NCBI GenBank assembly: GCA_000002435.2
Contig: CM018789.1
DNA: 64,000 nucleotides
DNA from: Giardia intestinalis
Lineage: Eukaryota
Direction: 5' to 3' (one strand)
Of the stretch, positions 8,597-17,895 are shown piece by piece. The translations under genes and the position numbers were made by a program. Every line of letters begins with the position of its first letter. Position 1 is the stretch's first letter. The notes beneath the pieces are model-generated. The model was given only the letters and a program-made list of their open reading frames with translations. It did not search any database and was not told the DNA's origin.

Positions 8597-10981
8597 CTAC
8601 TTGCTGGCACTATCAAGGATGGACGCCGCAGCCTCTTGTTCTGCAACCTGTGCCACTTGAAGTGCAGTCTTGCCGGCGTTGTTCCGTAGGTCTTGCTCAG
8701 AGAGCAGGAGGCGGACGCAGGAGATGTTGTTCTTTGATGCAGCCCACATAAGAGCACACCATCCATTCCAGTCTCGAAGCGTGGTCTCATGCTCCGACAG
8801 TAACTTCACCCCCATAATATAGTCCATTTCGGCTGCACGCATAAGGGCTGTCAGTCCCTCCTTTGTCTGGATCCCGGCCTCTCGCTCTACAAGGAGAGAA
8901 GCGCAGTCGATATTCCTATTGTTGATGGCCATCATTAAGGCCGTGCCACAACTTTGGGAAACGAACCCTGGCAGCAAGCATCCTGCTTGGTCTAGATATT
9001 GGGCCACCAGATCAGGCCTATTTTGCTCGGCAGCCTCCATAAGCTGTGTTTTGTGCTCTACAACGCAGCTTGGTCTGCGAGGTGAGAGAGTTAAAGAGGC
9101 GCCGTGGGTCTTAGCATACGTTAAGACTGCCTTACGGTAAACGGTGTTCCCTGTCCGCGAGAGGTAGTCCAGGATATTGGTCCCATCCGATGCCAAAACC
9201 ATCCAAGTCTCATCTATGAGCAGATCGAAGACCCTACGGTTAGCAGTTTTAGCAGCAACCATCAGAGGGGTTAGTCCGTCCGCTGTGTGCCCTTTCCCTT
9301 CATGCGGAAGCAGAATCTTGACCATATTAACATCTTCCGCTCTCATAGCCTTGATTATAGCCATCTCTCCTCGCTCGTCATGTTGCTTGCATTCATGTGG
9401 AGCTAGTAGTTCAACTGCGTCTGCGTTGCTTTCCAGAACAGCGTACATAAGCGCAGTACGTCCGTGAATATCAGACCTTCGTGCCTGAAAAAGAAGGGTA
9501 TTGATTGCGGTCGTAAATCCAGTGATTGCTGCTAACATAAGCGCAGTCTTCCCGGACTCGGAAGAAGAAGGCTCACAGCTAGCAGCTGCGTCAGCGAGCT
9601 CAGCTAGGAAAGTTTCCTCCCTTTTGTGGACAGCCCACATGAGGACTGTTTCGCCTCCTGTCTCGGGGATCTTAGCATTCGTTTCCTCGAGCGCCAGTAT
9701 GCGTACACATTCGGCGCGATTATGACTGATGGCATACATAAGTGCACAATGGTTATCAGAACTGAAAACCCCTGTTTCTTGTGCTCCTGATTGGGAACCT
9801 GCTACTATCAAATAAGAAACAACGTTAGCACGGCCCGCCATGGCTGCATACATGAGTGCGGTCATTCCCTTCTCGTCCCGCAACTGGAGCTCGTGTGAAG
9901 CTAGAAGCTTGACGGCCTCCAGATGACCTCGCTCAGCAGCGAGCATAAGAGCAGTTCTACCATGCTTATTCTGAGATCTAGCGAAGCCAATGTGCAAGGA
10001 GACGGCACTTGTATCATTGAGCGCGGCGGCCTGCATCAGATCAGTGTCTCCATCAGTATACTCGTAAGGCTGGACTGGTGCAGCCAAGTGCGCTGTTGTT
10101 TTAAGATGGACCAGGCTTGATATCTTCTCTAGATGCTCACGCTTTTTGGTATCGTGCTCCAGACAACCTGACACTATTCTTATTAGCTGGCCGGAGAATC
10201 CTCTTTCAGATAGTAGCTTTGGTAGGTTGATAGCACCATCTGTTGTATACATCGAGCTCATAGCGGGCTTCATTGTCATGATCTTCAAGACCAAGGTTCC
10301 GATGTTCCACACAAGTCTTTCATCAAGGGAAGAACACGATATATGATTTGCTACCGGGGAGGGTACGTGGAACGGAAGTGAAAAATTATATTGCTCATGG
10401 TTGAGTAGAAGGTCCGACAAAGAATGGATTTGATAATCCATGTACTCACAAACAAGAACAGAAAGGGGTTTCCCCGGGTTCTCCCGTTCTAGGAGAAGGA
10501 CGTTATCAGGTGTGAAGAAAAGGGGCTCGTTCAAAGCACCCAATTTGCGGAGAGAATCAATGGCCGTCACAATTCCAGCTAAGATCTCCCAGACCTCAGA
10601 TTCGGAGAAGCTTGATCCCGTTGATCTGCGGCGAGATATTTCATCCGCTAGACTTCGGCCATGCTGCACCTCCTGGTAAATGAAGCCCTCCCGACCGTAC
10701 GATACTACGCTTCCGTGCAGAGCGAGACAACTGCCCGGCAGTTTAGGCAAACGAGCGCCTATGTCTGCAAGCCTTTCAAGGTTCATGACCAAACGTCCGC
10801 GGGCCTCTAATGAAAGCTCAGCTACATCGTACTCCAGTATGTTAACGGGGCTTCCTGTCTTCAGTGAGACCGCAGAGTAGAGTCTACGGGTAATGACCTC
10901 TGGACCGTGGATCTGTACTCCCTGTAATTCACTACTAAGCTGAACGTTAGTATACTTTTCCGCGATGACACCCAGGTGCAT
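8597..10981 (-). CDS. NEK-like kinase-fold (probably catalytically dead) plus ankyrin-repeat protein, 794 aa
   Basis: The N-terminal ~230 aa has kinase-like architecture but no HRD or DFG. The rest is repeated ankyrin units (GRTALMLAAERGHLEAVKLL, GMTALMYAAMAGRANVVSYL and similar). ATG verified. Confidence 0.7.
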   Translation of the reverse strand: MHLGVIAEKYTNVQLSSELQGVQIHGPEVITRRLYSAVSLKTGSPVNILEYDVAELSLEARGRLVMNLERLADIGARLPKLPGSCLALHGSVVSYGREGFIYQEVQHGRSLADEISRRRSTGSSFSESEVWEILAGIVTAIDSLRKLGALNEPLFFTPDNVLLLERENPGKPLSVLVCEYMDYQIHSLSDLLLNHEQYNFSLPFHVPSPVANHISCSSLDERLVWNIGTLVLKIMTMKPAMSSMYTTDGAINLPKLLSERGFSGQLIRIVSGCLEHDTKKREHLEKISSLVHLKTTAHLAAPVQPYEYTDGDTDLMQAAALNDTSAVSLHIGFARSQNKHGRTALMLAAERGHLEAVKLLASHELQLRDEKGMTALMYAAMAGRANVVSYLIVAGSQSGAQETGVFSSDNHCALMYAISHNRAECVRILALEETNAKIPETGGETVLMWAVHKREETFLAELADAAASCEPSSSESGKTALMLAAITGFTTAINTLLFQARRSDIHGRTALMYAVLESNADAVELLAPHECKQHDERGEMAIIKAMRAEDVNMVKILLPHEGKGHTADGLTPLMVAAKTANRRVFDLLIDETWMVLASDGTNILDYLSRTGNTVYRKAVLTYAKTHGASLTLSPRRPSCVVEHKTQLMEAAEQNRPDLVAQYLDQAGCLLPGFVSQSCGTALMMAINNRNIDCASLLVEREAGIQTKEGLTALMRAAEMDYIMGVKLLSEHETTLRDWNGWCALMWAASKNNISCVRLLLSEQDLRNNAGKTALQVAQVAEQEAAASILDSASK

Positions 10982-11043
10982 TTTAAAATTGAAACGATAA
11001 CGGTGTGCAGTGTTGACATACCACCGGTAGCTTTGCCGTACCG

Positions 11044-11436
11044 TTAGACCGGCGGGGCTTGCTGAGGCTCGATTGTCCTCCTTGGCTCGGAGCGGCCACC
11101 GTCATCGGGACTGTCTTTGGCATGAATCACCAACAGTGCTCCAAAAACAATGCTCCAGATCCACGGAACAAATAGCCACATGAGAAAGAACTGGATTGCA
11201 GCAATGATAAGTAGGTTACAGCGGTTTCTGTGGGCAGAACTCAGACATGCTGAAAGTGCTGTCCCTAGCCCCGAGACTATTATGTTGCAGATGAGAAGCA
11301 GCACGGCGACGCAGATGGTGGTCCTTGGGGTGTGTCCTTGGAAGATGTATGTCCAGAGGGGAATCTGCTCATCGTCGAGGGACTTGGCGGGGGCTCCCTC
11401 GGCAGGCGGGTGTTGCGTAGGTTGCGCGTCAGGCAT
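11044..11436 (-). CDS. small two-TM membrane protein (130 aa), paralogue of 16206-16709
   Basis: Two hydrophobic helices. Shares the blocks LLICNIIVSGLGTALSAC and IIAAIQFFLMWLFVPWIWSIVFGALLVIHAK with ILFCNIVLPGIGTMFSAI and SIGLLQFFGAPLIFPYCWALFYGAQLISHSK of the upstream paralogue. ATG verified. Confidence 0.45.
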   Translation of the reverse strand: MPDAQPTQHPPAEGAPAKSLDDEQIPLWTYIFQGHTPRTTICVAVLLLICNIIVSGLGTALSACLSSAHRNRCNLLIIAAIQFFLMWLFVPWIWSIVFGALLVIHAKDSPDDGGRSEPRRTIEPQQAPPV

Positions 11437-11509
11437 TTTTATTCTCCATGGTACAAAGCTTCGAGGGATGCGAATTGTCTGAAGGCGGGTTTATCTACCT
11501 TAGTAATCT

Positions 11510-14500
11510 TTAGTTCTTTGTAAAAATAAATGACGGGGTCAAGGGACGAAGCGAAGAAGGCCTCTGGGCCTCCCTGATTACCAGAGAGGCAGATACACCG
11601 GGGAGAGAGGGAGAAGGAGTGTGTATAGACATCCTGTTTGTGTGGATCAATGACGTGGATGCACTTCGTCTATTTGAAAGTTTTATTCCAACGCTACCAG
11701 TGGCCAGCTCTTCTCTGATATTGCTTCTCCCAATGGATATATCTATATGTTGTGATAATACCGCCATAATCTTTGCGTCCTGTATGGCTGAGACGAACTC
11801 CTTTGTCAGCAGCCGACTTTCCCTTGCAGCCAGAAGCGATATTGATTTAATATCACGACGATCCAGTGCAAATGCCAATGCACAATCGCCATCTAAGTTT
11901 AGACGCCCGGCTTCATCACATAAAAGCGCTGCGCTTGTGGACTGAGAGTGCTTTGTTGCCCACATGAGAGCAGTATTTCCACTGCGATCAGACATTCCTT
12001 TCTGCGTCGAATAGTAGAGGCTTGCAAGGGGCAGGTTTCCCATTCCCGCGGCAACCATGAGGGGCGTCAGTCCGTTCTTATCGCAAATAGTCGTACTGAC
12101 GCCTGCTGTTTGCTGCACCAGTATTCTGCATATGTCCTCACGCTGTGTGCAAGTGGCGATGAGCAACGGGCTTGGAAAGTCAAATGCCCAGATCCCGCTG
12201 CTCCATTTTCCGACAAACGATATGGAGTGCTCAAGAGGAGCCAGCATAGCAACCATGTTAACAATTCCCTTTTCGATGGCAATGATCAGTGCTGTCCTGC
12301 CCGTGGGATCTGTGGCTCCGGCCTCGTGAAGAAGCTCCTCTGCCAATGCTTGGTCGTTATTCATCACAGCCTTGTGCAATTCTGTTACTCCACTTTCGGA
12401 CCTTATCGCCGGTTTTATCAGTGACGCGATTTCGGAAAGTCCCAGCTCTGTTGCCAGTTTCCAAGGCAGAGTCTCTCCAACAGTTATGCTAGCCTCTATC
12501 CGGAGCAACTTAATTACGTCTATATCTCCCAGCTTTATGGCGAGTGTTAGAGCGGAATACATTCCACGGTAGACAGCTTGGCAGAAACAGATGTTTTCCT
12601 TGACCAGCTCCAAGTCTTTGTTCACAACAGCAGCCATCAAGGGCGTGAAGCCTCTACGTGATATTCTTTCCAACTCTTCCTTGCAGCATAGTAAAGCTGC
12701 TGCAGCTCTATATTCGTCTTTATCCAGAGCATAGTCTGTTGCTACCAGGCCTGCTAAATCCTGCAATCCGCCCTCTGTGTCCATTAGCAAGTTAATCGCA
12801 TCTATGTTTCCTGCTGCTGCAGCCAGCATTAGGGCCGTTTGGCCTTGAGCATTTCTTCTGCGCGCAAGGTGCATGCACATTCGCATACCTTCCAGGTTGC
12901 CATTGATGGCCTCGACGTGCAGCTGTGTGTGTCCGTCTTCGTCTTCGAACGCTGGGTGAAGGACGTATTGCTTGAGTAGGATAGTGGCCTCTTCTAATTG
13001 CTCAGCTGCCTTTATAAATCTTGACGGGTTAGGGTGTCTATGAATGAGCTGTCTGATAAGCTCGGTGTTTTTGTCCGCACTTACTTTGGAGGGACGAAGG
13101 AGTGCTTTGAAAAGCGCTAAGTCACCGTCCCAGTCGCTAGCCATAGATGGCTCTAGAAGTGCTAAGCTCAGGAGTCCATTTGAATAACAGGGAAACTCAT
13201 GCCGCAAAGTTAGGGTAGCCCCCTCGAGAAAATCGTTGTCCAAAGCAATGTCGGTTGCTAGTTCTCCTGCAGAACTGACAAGGCAAGACTCGAGCGGAGC
13301 AAGGACTGCAACAATGTGCTTGTATTTATATTTCATAGCATACATCAGTGCGGTCCAGCCTGTATAATCCTGTTGACGGGCCTCTAAAAGGAATTTAATC
13401 GCTCCACTTATATCGCCTGAGATGGTGGCAATCATTAGATTAGTATATCCACAGGAAAGAAGAGCCTTTGTCTCAAATGGAGAGATAAGCCGGAACGTCT
13501 CAAGGTGGCCTTCTTTCAAAGCAAGCATCGAGGCGCAACATCCATACTTTTCAGTATTCTCAGTGCTTACAATCCCCCCTTCTAGTGTCAGCAAATCTTG
13601 GTCAATATCATTGAGTCCAAAGCTTGCCGCCAGCATCAGTGCAGTGTGACCATCATTGTTCTTCACTCCGTGGCAATGTAAAACCGCGAGAAGGTCGGCT
13701 CTTTTCCGAGTCATGCTACCATTTTGTGCACAGAATCGTATATATGTATGCAGTGGAGTCTCTCCCTTGGAGTCAACGTCGTACGTCGGTCGCAAGATCA
13801 TGCAAAGATCGGGGCTCTGCACCTTGTACGCCAAATACCATGCAGTCACCCCATCTTCTGTGATGAGATCCCGCTCCATCAGCAGAAGCTTGACACAGTC
13901 TTCGTCCCCAGTATTGACCGCATACATTAGGGCAGTCCACCCCTTGCTGTCGCGAGCGTTAGCTTGGTTGATATAAAGCCATACCAACCCGGGGCGTTTT
14001 TCGGCGGCAGCAATCATCAACTGCGTCATATCAGGGGGATACTTCTCTGCATTGGGAACAGCCAACTCATATTCAGCAATAGCCTCTGCAATATTGAGGG
14101 ACCCACTTAGGACAGCAAAATCAATTGCACTGAGACAACGGTTTCCTGTGGTGACTGCGAGTCCAGCCTCTAGTGATGCTAGTAGCACCGCACACTCCAG
14201 ACTTCCGTGCATCGATGCGTGCATCAAGGCCGTGAATCCATCATTATCCACCAGGCCTACTTGTCCTAGGTGGCAGAACACCATAAAAGGATCGCCGTTC
14301 AATGCCCCGATCATCAGGTTAGTCCTTCCACACTTGTCCGGCGGTGATGTAACTACGTGCTCAGGGAGCAGAAGGTGCTTTGCCAGCTCAAGATTTCCCA
14401 TGTGGAACGCTATCTCAGCAGCAGAAATGCCTGGAGCAAGGAGTCGGGACGGGATATCCTTGGAACTGCTTGGCGTTAACTTCTCTGCAGGAGCCCCAGA

Positions 14501-16195
14501 GAGAACGCTTTTTTCATACTCTAACAGCAGCAGAGCCATCTCCTCTCGTCCATGAAGGCAGCTCTGATGAAGCGCCGTGTGTCCATTATGGTCTCTTTCT
14601 CCGGCCTCGTAGTTTCTGAGGAGGCAAACAATTTCTTTGTGTTTGAGTGCAGCTGCAAGCATAAGGGCGGTATAATCGTCATTATTTTTCTTTCTGGCCA
14701 GGGAGAGGAACAACCTAGTGCCCACTGTGTCGCCTCCCATGACAGCGCGGTGCAGCTGAGTGTTTCCATCAGAATCCACGACGGGGCTCTGCTCTAGGAC
14801 GGTGAGAGCATCCATAAAGCCACTGTCTCGAGCCAGCTGCCACGGGGTGATACCAGAAGAAATGCAAATATCTTTTTCTGTCGAGAGAAGCTTAACACAG
14901 GTAAGGCTTTTGGAGGCTATTGCATACGCCAAGGCAGTGTTGCCAAGTGTGTCTACCCGTCCAGCTTGCCCTAAGTTTAGGTAGACACCAATAATGTCGT
15001 TATTACGCACGCTCTCAACTAGCGTGTCAGGAGCCTTGGGGATATCTCCGCTGTACGATAACAGTAGACGAATGATAGAGTTCGGATAGGTGCGTGATAT
15101 TCCAATAGATACTGGCAGTTCTCCGGCTGCATTTTTGACAGCTCCCTCTTGTGGAGCGAGTATCCTTATAATTTGTGCTAGTACGAACTCCTCAAAGGCA
15201 GCATATGAGCAAGAGGAGTCAGTCCCAGGCTTCGGGGTTTGAAACGTCGATCTCATCATTGCATAATGGAGCGCAGTATTTCCTGTAATCGAATGTACCT
15301 CTCCACACTCAAACGGGGCCAGAATTCTTACTACAGCAAGAGAAAGCCTCTTAGCCGCCATCATCAAGGCCGTGTTGCCGGTCTCATTGGTGCTTTTAGC
15401 AAACACTGCACCCAGTTCCTGTACCACAGCGAGATTATCCGTTTCAACAGCTCTGAAGAAGTCAGCCTGGGTAGATGATATGGAACATATGCTCTGCGTG
15501 TGTGGGTTCTCGTCCATGGAAGAAAACTCAGCCACAAGCCTATCTTGAAATGTGCTAAGGGACTGGTTATTAGTATACATTAGTAAGCACTGAATTAAGC
15601 TTGCTATACGCGAGCTGCATGACAGTCTACTACTGAGGTCAGAGGCTGCCAATTCAGCGCTCAGACATGGATATTCTCCAGCGTACGATCTATAAATCGC
15701 TGCACCAAGTCCACGGACAGCAGGCACGACGGAGGATAAATTGTGGTCCTCCTCTGGCACCAAGAGGAGTTCAATGTCTCCAAGAAATGGGATTTCCCCT
15801 GCCCTGTAGAAGACATTACTGCATTGAATCGTGGATAAATAAAGCCCAGCCGATGACAAACGCTCAATGGCTAGCAGAATAGAAAACGCCACGTTGGCTA
15901 CATCCAAGTCTGAGATCAAATTCTTTAGGACACCGCCCGAATGACATATGTTTTCGAGCGTGAGATGGTCACTTTCCAGTGCATAGAGTCTGATCACGTC
16001 TCCTTGAAACACGATCTTTCGTAACTTTAAAACATCACATTCCAGCGTGTTTCGTGCTGCGTTGAGTCGATCGAGGGCGCGTCTCAGGATGGGACTGACT
16101 TGAGCTTCTTGGTGAGCTGCTGCCGCGTTTTCTTTTGGGGGCGCCAACTCTTCTGATTTGCTCATTAAATCCTGATTTTCAGTTTGTGTTCGCAT
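11510..16195 (-). CDS. ankyrin-repeat protein ('protein 21.1'-like) with degenerate N-terminal kinase-like domain, 1561 aa
   Basis: More than 25 ankyrin repeats (GNTALMMAAKRLSLAVVRIL, GWTALMYAVNTGDEDCVKLL and similar). The N-terminal ~200 aa is kinase-like without catalytic motifs. ATG verified at 16193-16195. Confidence 0.75.
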   Translation of the reverse strand: MRTQTENQDLMSKSEELAPPKENAAAAHQEAQVSPILRRALDRLNAARNTLECDVLKLRKIVFQGDVIRLYALESDHLTLENICHSGGVLKNLISDLDVANVAFSILLAIERLSSAGLYLSTIQCSNVFYRAGEIPFLGDIELLLVPEEDHNLSSVVPAVRGLGAAIYRSYAGEYPCLSAELAASDLSSRLSCSSRIASLIQCLLMYTNNQSLSTFQDRLVAEFSSMDENPHTQSICSISSTQADFFRAVETDNLAVVQELGAVFAKSTNETGNTALMMAAKRLSLAVVRILAPFECGEVHSITGNTALHYAMMRSTFQTPKPGTDSSCSYAAFEEFVLAQIIRILAPQEGAVKNAAGELPVSIGISRTYPNSIIRLLLSYSGDIPKAPDTLVESVRNNDIIGVYLNLGQAGRVDTLGNTALAYAIASKSLTCVKLLSTEKDICISSGITPWQLARDSGFMDALTVLEQSPVVDSDGNTQLHRAVMGGDTVGTRLFLSLARKKNNDDYTALMLAAALKHKEIVCLLRNYEAGERDHNGHTALHQSCLHGREEMALLLLEYEKSVLSGAPAEKLTPSSSKDIPSRLLAPGISAAEIAFHMGNLELAKHLLLPEHVVTSPPDKCGRTNLMIGALNGDPFMVFCHLGQVGLVDNDGFTALMHASMHGSLECAVLLASLEAGLAVTTGNRCLSAIDFAVLSGSLNIAEAIAEYELAVPNAEKYPPDMTQLMIAAAEKRPGLVWLYINQANARDSKGWTALMYAVNTGDEDCVKLLLMERDLITEDGVTAWYLAYKVQSPDLCMILRPTYDVDSKGETPLHTYIRFCAQNGSMTRKRADLLAVLHCHGVKNNDGHTALMLAASFGLNDIDQDLLTLEGGIVSTENTEKYGCCASMLALKEGHLETFRLISPFETKALLSCGYTNLMIATISGDISGAIKFLLEARQQDYTGWTALMYAMKYKYKHIVAVLAPLESCLVSSAGELATDIALDNDFLEGATLTLRHEFPCYSNGLLSLALLEPSMASDWDGDLALFKALLRPSKVSADKNTELIRQLIHRHPNPSRFIKAAEQLEEATILLKQYVLHPAFEDEDGHTQLHVEAINGNLEGMRMCMHLARRRNAQGQTALMLAAAAGNIDAINLLMDTEGGLQDLAGLVATDYALDKDEYRAAAALLCCKEELERISRRGFTPLMAAVVNKDLELVKENICFCQAVYRGMYSALTLAIKLGDIDVIKLLRIEASITVGETLPWKLATELGLSEIASLIKPAIRSESGVTELHKAVMNNDQALAEELLHEAGATDPTGRTALIIAIEKGIVNMVAMLAPLEHSISFVGKWSSGIWAFDFPSPLLIATCTQREDICRILVQQTAGVSTTICDKNGLTPLMVAAGMGNLPLASLYYSTQKGMSDRSGNTALMWATKHSQSTSAALLCDEAGRLNLDGDCALAFALDRRDIKSISLLAARESRLLTKEFVSAIQDAKIMAVLSQHIDISIGRSNIREELATGSVGIKLSNRRSASTSLIHTNRMSIHTPSPSLPGVSASLVIREAQRPSSLRPLTPSFIFTKN

Positions 16196-16205
16196 TTACT
16201 CTAGA

Positions 16206-16709
16206 CTAGTACATTGGAACTGGGAATTGGTGGATCGAGCGAACGTGGTGGCCGTCTGAATCGGGGGAATTTGTTGTGCTCTGCGTGGAGGGAGTGTCCG
16301 GTGTGGGTAGATCGCCCGATGCCCTCATAGCCGCAAGCCGTCGAAGCTGGTCTTCTACCTGGTGCATCTTGGAGTGTGATATTAGCTGTGCACCATAAAA
16401 TAGGGCCCAGCAATAGGGGAAGATAAGGGGTGCGCCAAAGAACTGTAGAAGGCCTATGGAGAGTATTGTCCGTCGGTTGGCCTTGGCCGACGGGGCTATC
16501 GCCGAAAACATCGTCCCAATCCCTGGGAGCACTATGTTGCAGAATAGGATCGTCACAGCTGCGCCAATGGGAAGAACCGGGGTTGCTCCCGCTTTGACAT
16601 ATGAGACAAAGGACATGGGCTCGCACTCCTTGCACAGGGGCCCTTTTGTTACTGGCTTATCATGTGCAAGAGATATCGTTTCGTCGCTCAGACACACAGG
16701 AGAGCTCAT
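16206..16709 (-). CDS. small two-TM membrane protein (167 aa from first ATG), paralogue of 11044-11436
   Basis: The track start at 16733 is TTG; the first ATG is at 16709. Two TM helices with the conserved paralogue blocks. Its stop lies 10 bp from the ATG of the downstream ankyrin gene. Confidence 0.45.
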   Translation of the reverse strand: MSSPVCLSDETISLAHDKPVTKGPLCKECEPMSFVSYVKAGATPVLPIGAAVTILFCNIVLPGIGTMFSAIAPSAKANRRTILSIGLLQFFGAPLIFPYCWALFYGAQLISHSKMHQVEDQLRRLAAMRASGDLPTPDTPSTQSTTNSPDSDGHHVRSIHQFPVPMY

Positions 16710-16865
16710 TTTTGTTCTAGAGGTACTAACCAACTAATGATTTGTGAATGGCTTGTTAGTAGAGCTAGTATCTTCACAGCTCACACCCAGAAAGCATGCC
16801 AGCTTTTGCCATACTTGTCAAGTTCCTTTCAGCCCATTTAGCGCACGGTGCACGCGCTGAAAAAA

Positions 16866-17870
16866 ATGTTCTTCGATATTCTCTTTGTAAATACAAGCAC
16901 AGGGATACTTCAGTATCACCACCGAGTCAACACGTTCTTTACTGATTCCCCAATGAAGCCCCATAGTCTGTGCATGATTCTCAGGTCTATAACCCAAGCA
17001 TCCATGGAAGTCTTTAAGCAAGCTCTTCTGTACATGGAGCTCAGCTCTGCCGCCATATCGATTTATGATGCCCAGCCAATTACCTGCATTGTTATTCATG
17101 AAATCTTCGACAGAGATTGCTACGGCTCCATACTCTCTGAGGCGTTTGTCAGTCTCTATAAGAACGTAATACAGAATTCGTTTACGCGGACGCAGCATAT
17201 GAACCCCCCGATAGCCCAATCGCATGTCACTTCAAAATTATTAGAATATATGCAGTTAGCCCTCTCGATTGTCCTGGACAGAATTTGCTGCATGAAGTAT
17301 ACTGCGTCGTGCTATGTTATGATTCTTGACCACCCTTATTCTCCCGTCTTTCCGCCTGGAATGATCATGGGGAGGACTAAGCACCTTCCTCCCAGGCCAA
17401 ACTTCGCTGAACTGAACTCGAAAGCAATAGAAACCAATATCAGCAACCTCATTGATCAAATTAACGAAGCGCTAGAGGTCATCTTTGCCTCGTCGGACGG
17501 TGGATCCGTAGCAGATAACCCTAACAATAAGCTCAGCTCCCGTCTTTCTACCTTCGAATTATGCTACGACATGTCCTTCCGGATTCGCGTCACTAACGTT
17601 TTCCCCGGTGCATACGTTGTGCTCATGCAGAATAAGCGAACGCGGCAATACAGTTCTCTGCACCAGGACAATGCAACAATGTCTATCATGACTCAGGAAT
17701 CTGCGCTAGAGCTATCTGCGCAGGCATCAACCCTCACTGCAACCCCCTTTCACGGGAAGTCCGGCACCGCTAAGTTCGAGAAAAACAAGTTCATGGTGAG
17801 CCAGTTGACGCATGCTATCGCCCGCATCTTTGACAGCGCACATCAGATACGGCAACGGAATAGCACCTAG
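16866..17870 (+). CDS. hypothetical protein (~335 aa); start uncertain
   Basis: 1-kb ORF whose track start is GTG; the first ATG is near 16866. A 135-aa antisense ORF (16818-17225) overlaps its 5' third and is a competing model. Confidence 0.35.
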   Translation: MFFDILFVNTSTGILQYHHRVNTFFTDSPMKPHSLCMILRSITQASMEVFKQALLYMELSSAAISIYDAQPITCIVIHEIFDRDCYGSILSEAFVSLYKNVIQNSFTRTQHMNPPIAQSHVTSKLLEYMQLALSIVLDRICCMKYTASCYVMILDHPYSPVFPPGMIMGRTKHLPPRPNFAELNSKAIETNISNLIDQINEALEVIFASSDGGSVADNPNNKLSSRLSTFELCYDMSFRIRVTNVFPGAYVVLMQNKRTRQYSSLHQDNATMSIMTQESALELSAQASTLTATPFHGKSGTAKFEKNKFMVSQLTHAIARIFDSAHQIRQRNST

Positions 17871-17895
17871 CAACACCCACCCGATCACACACGTC

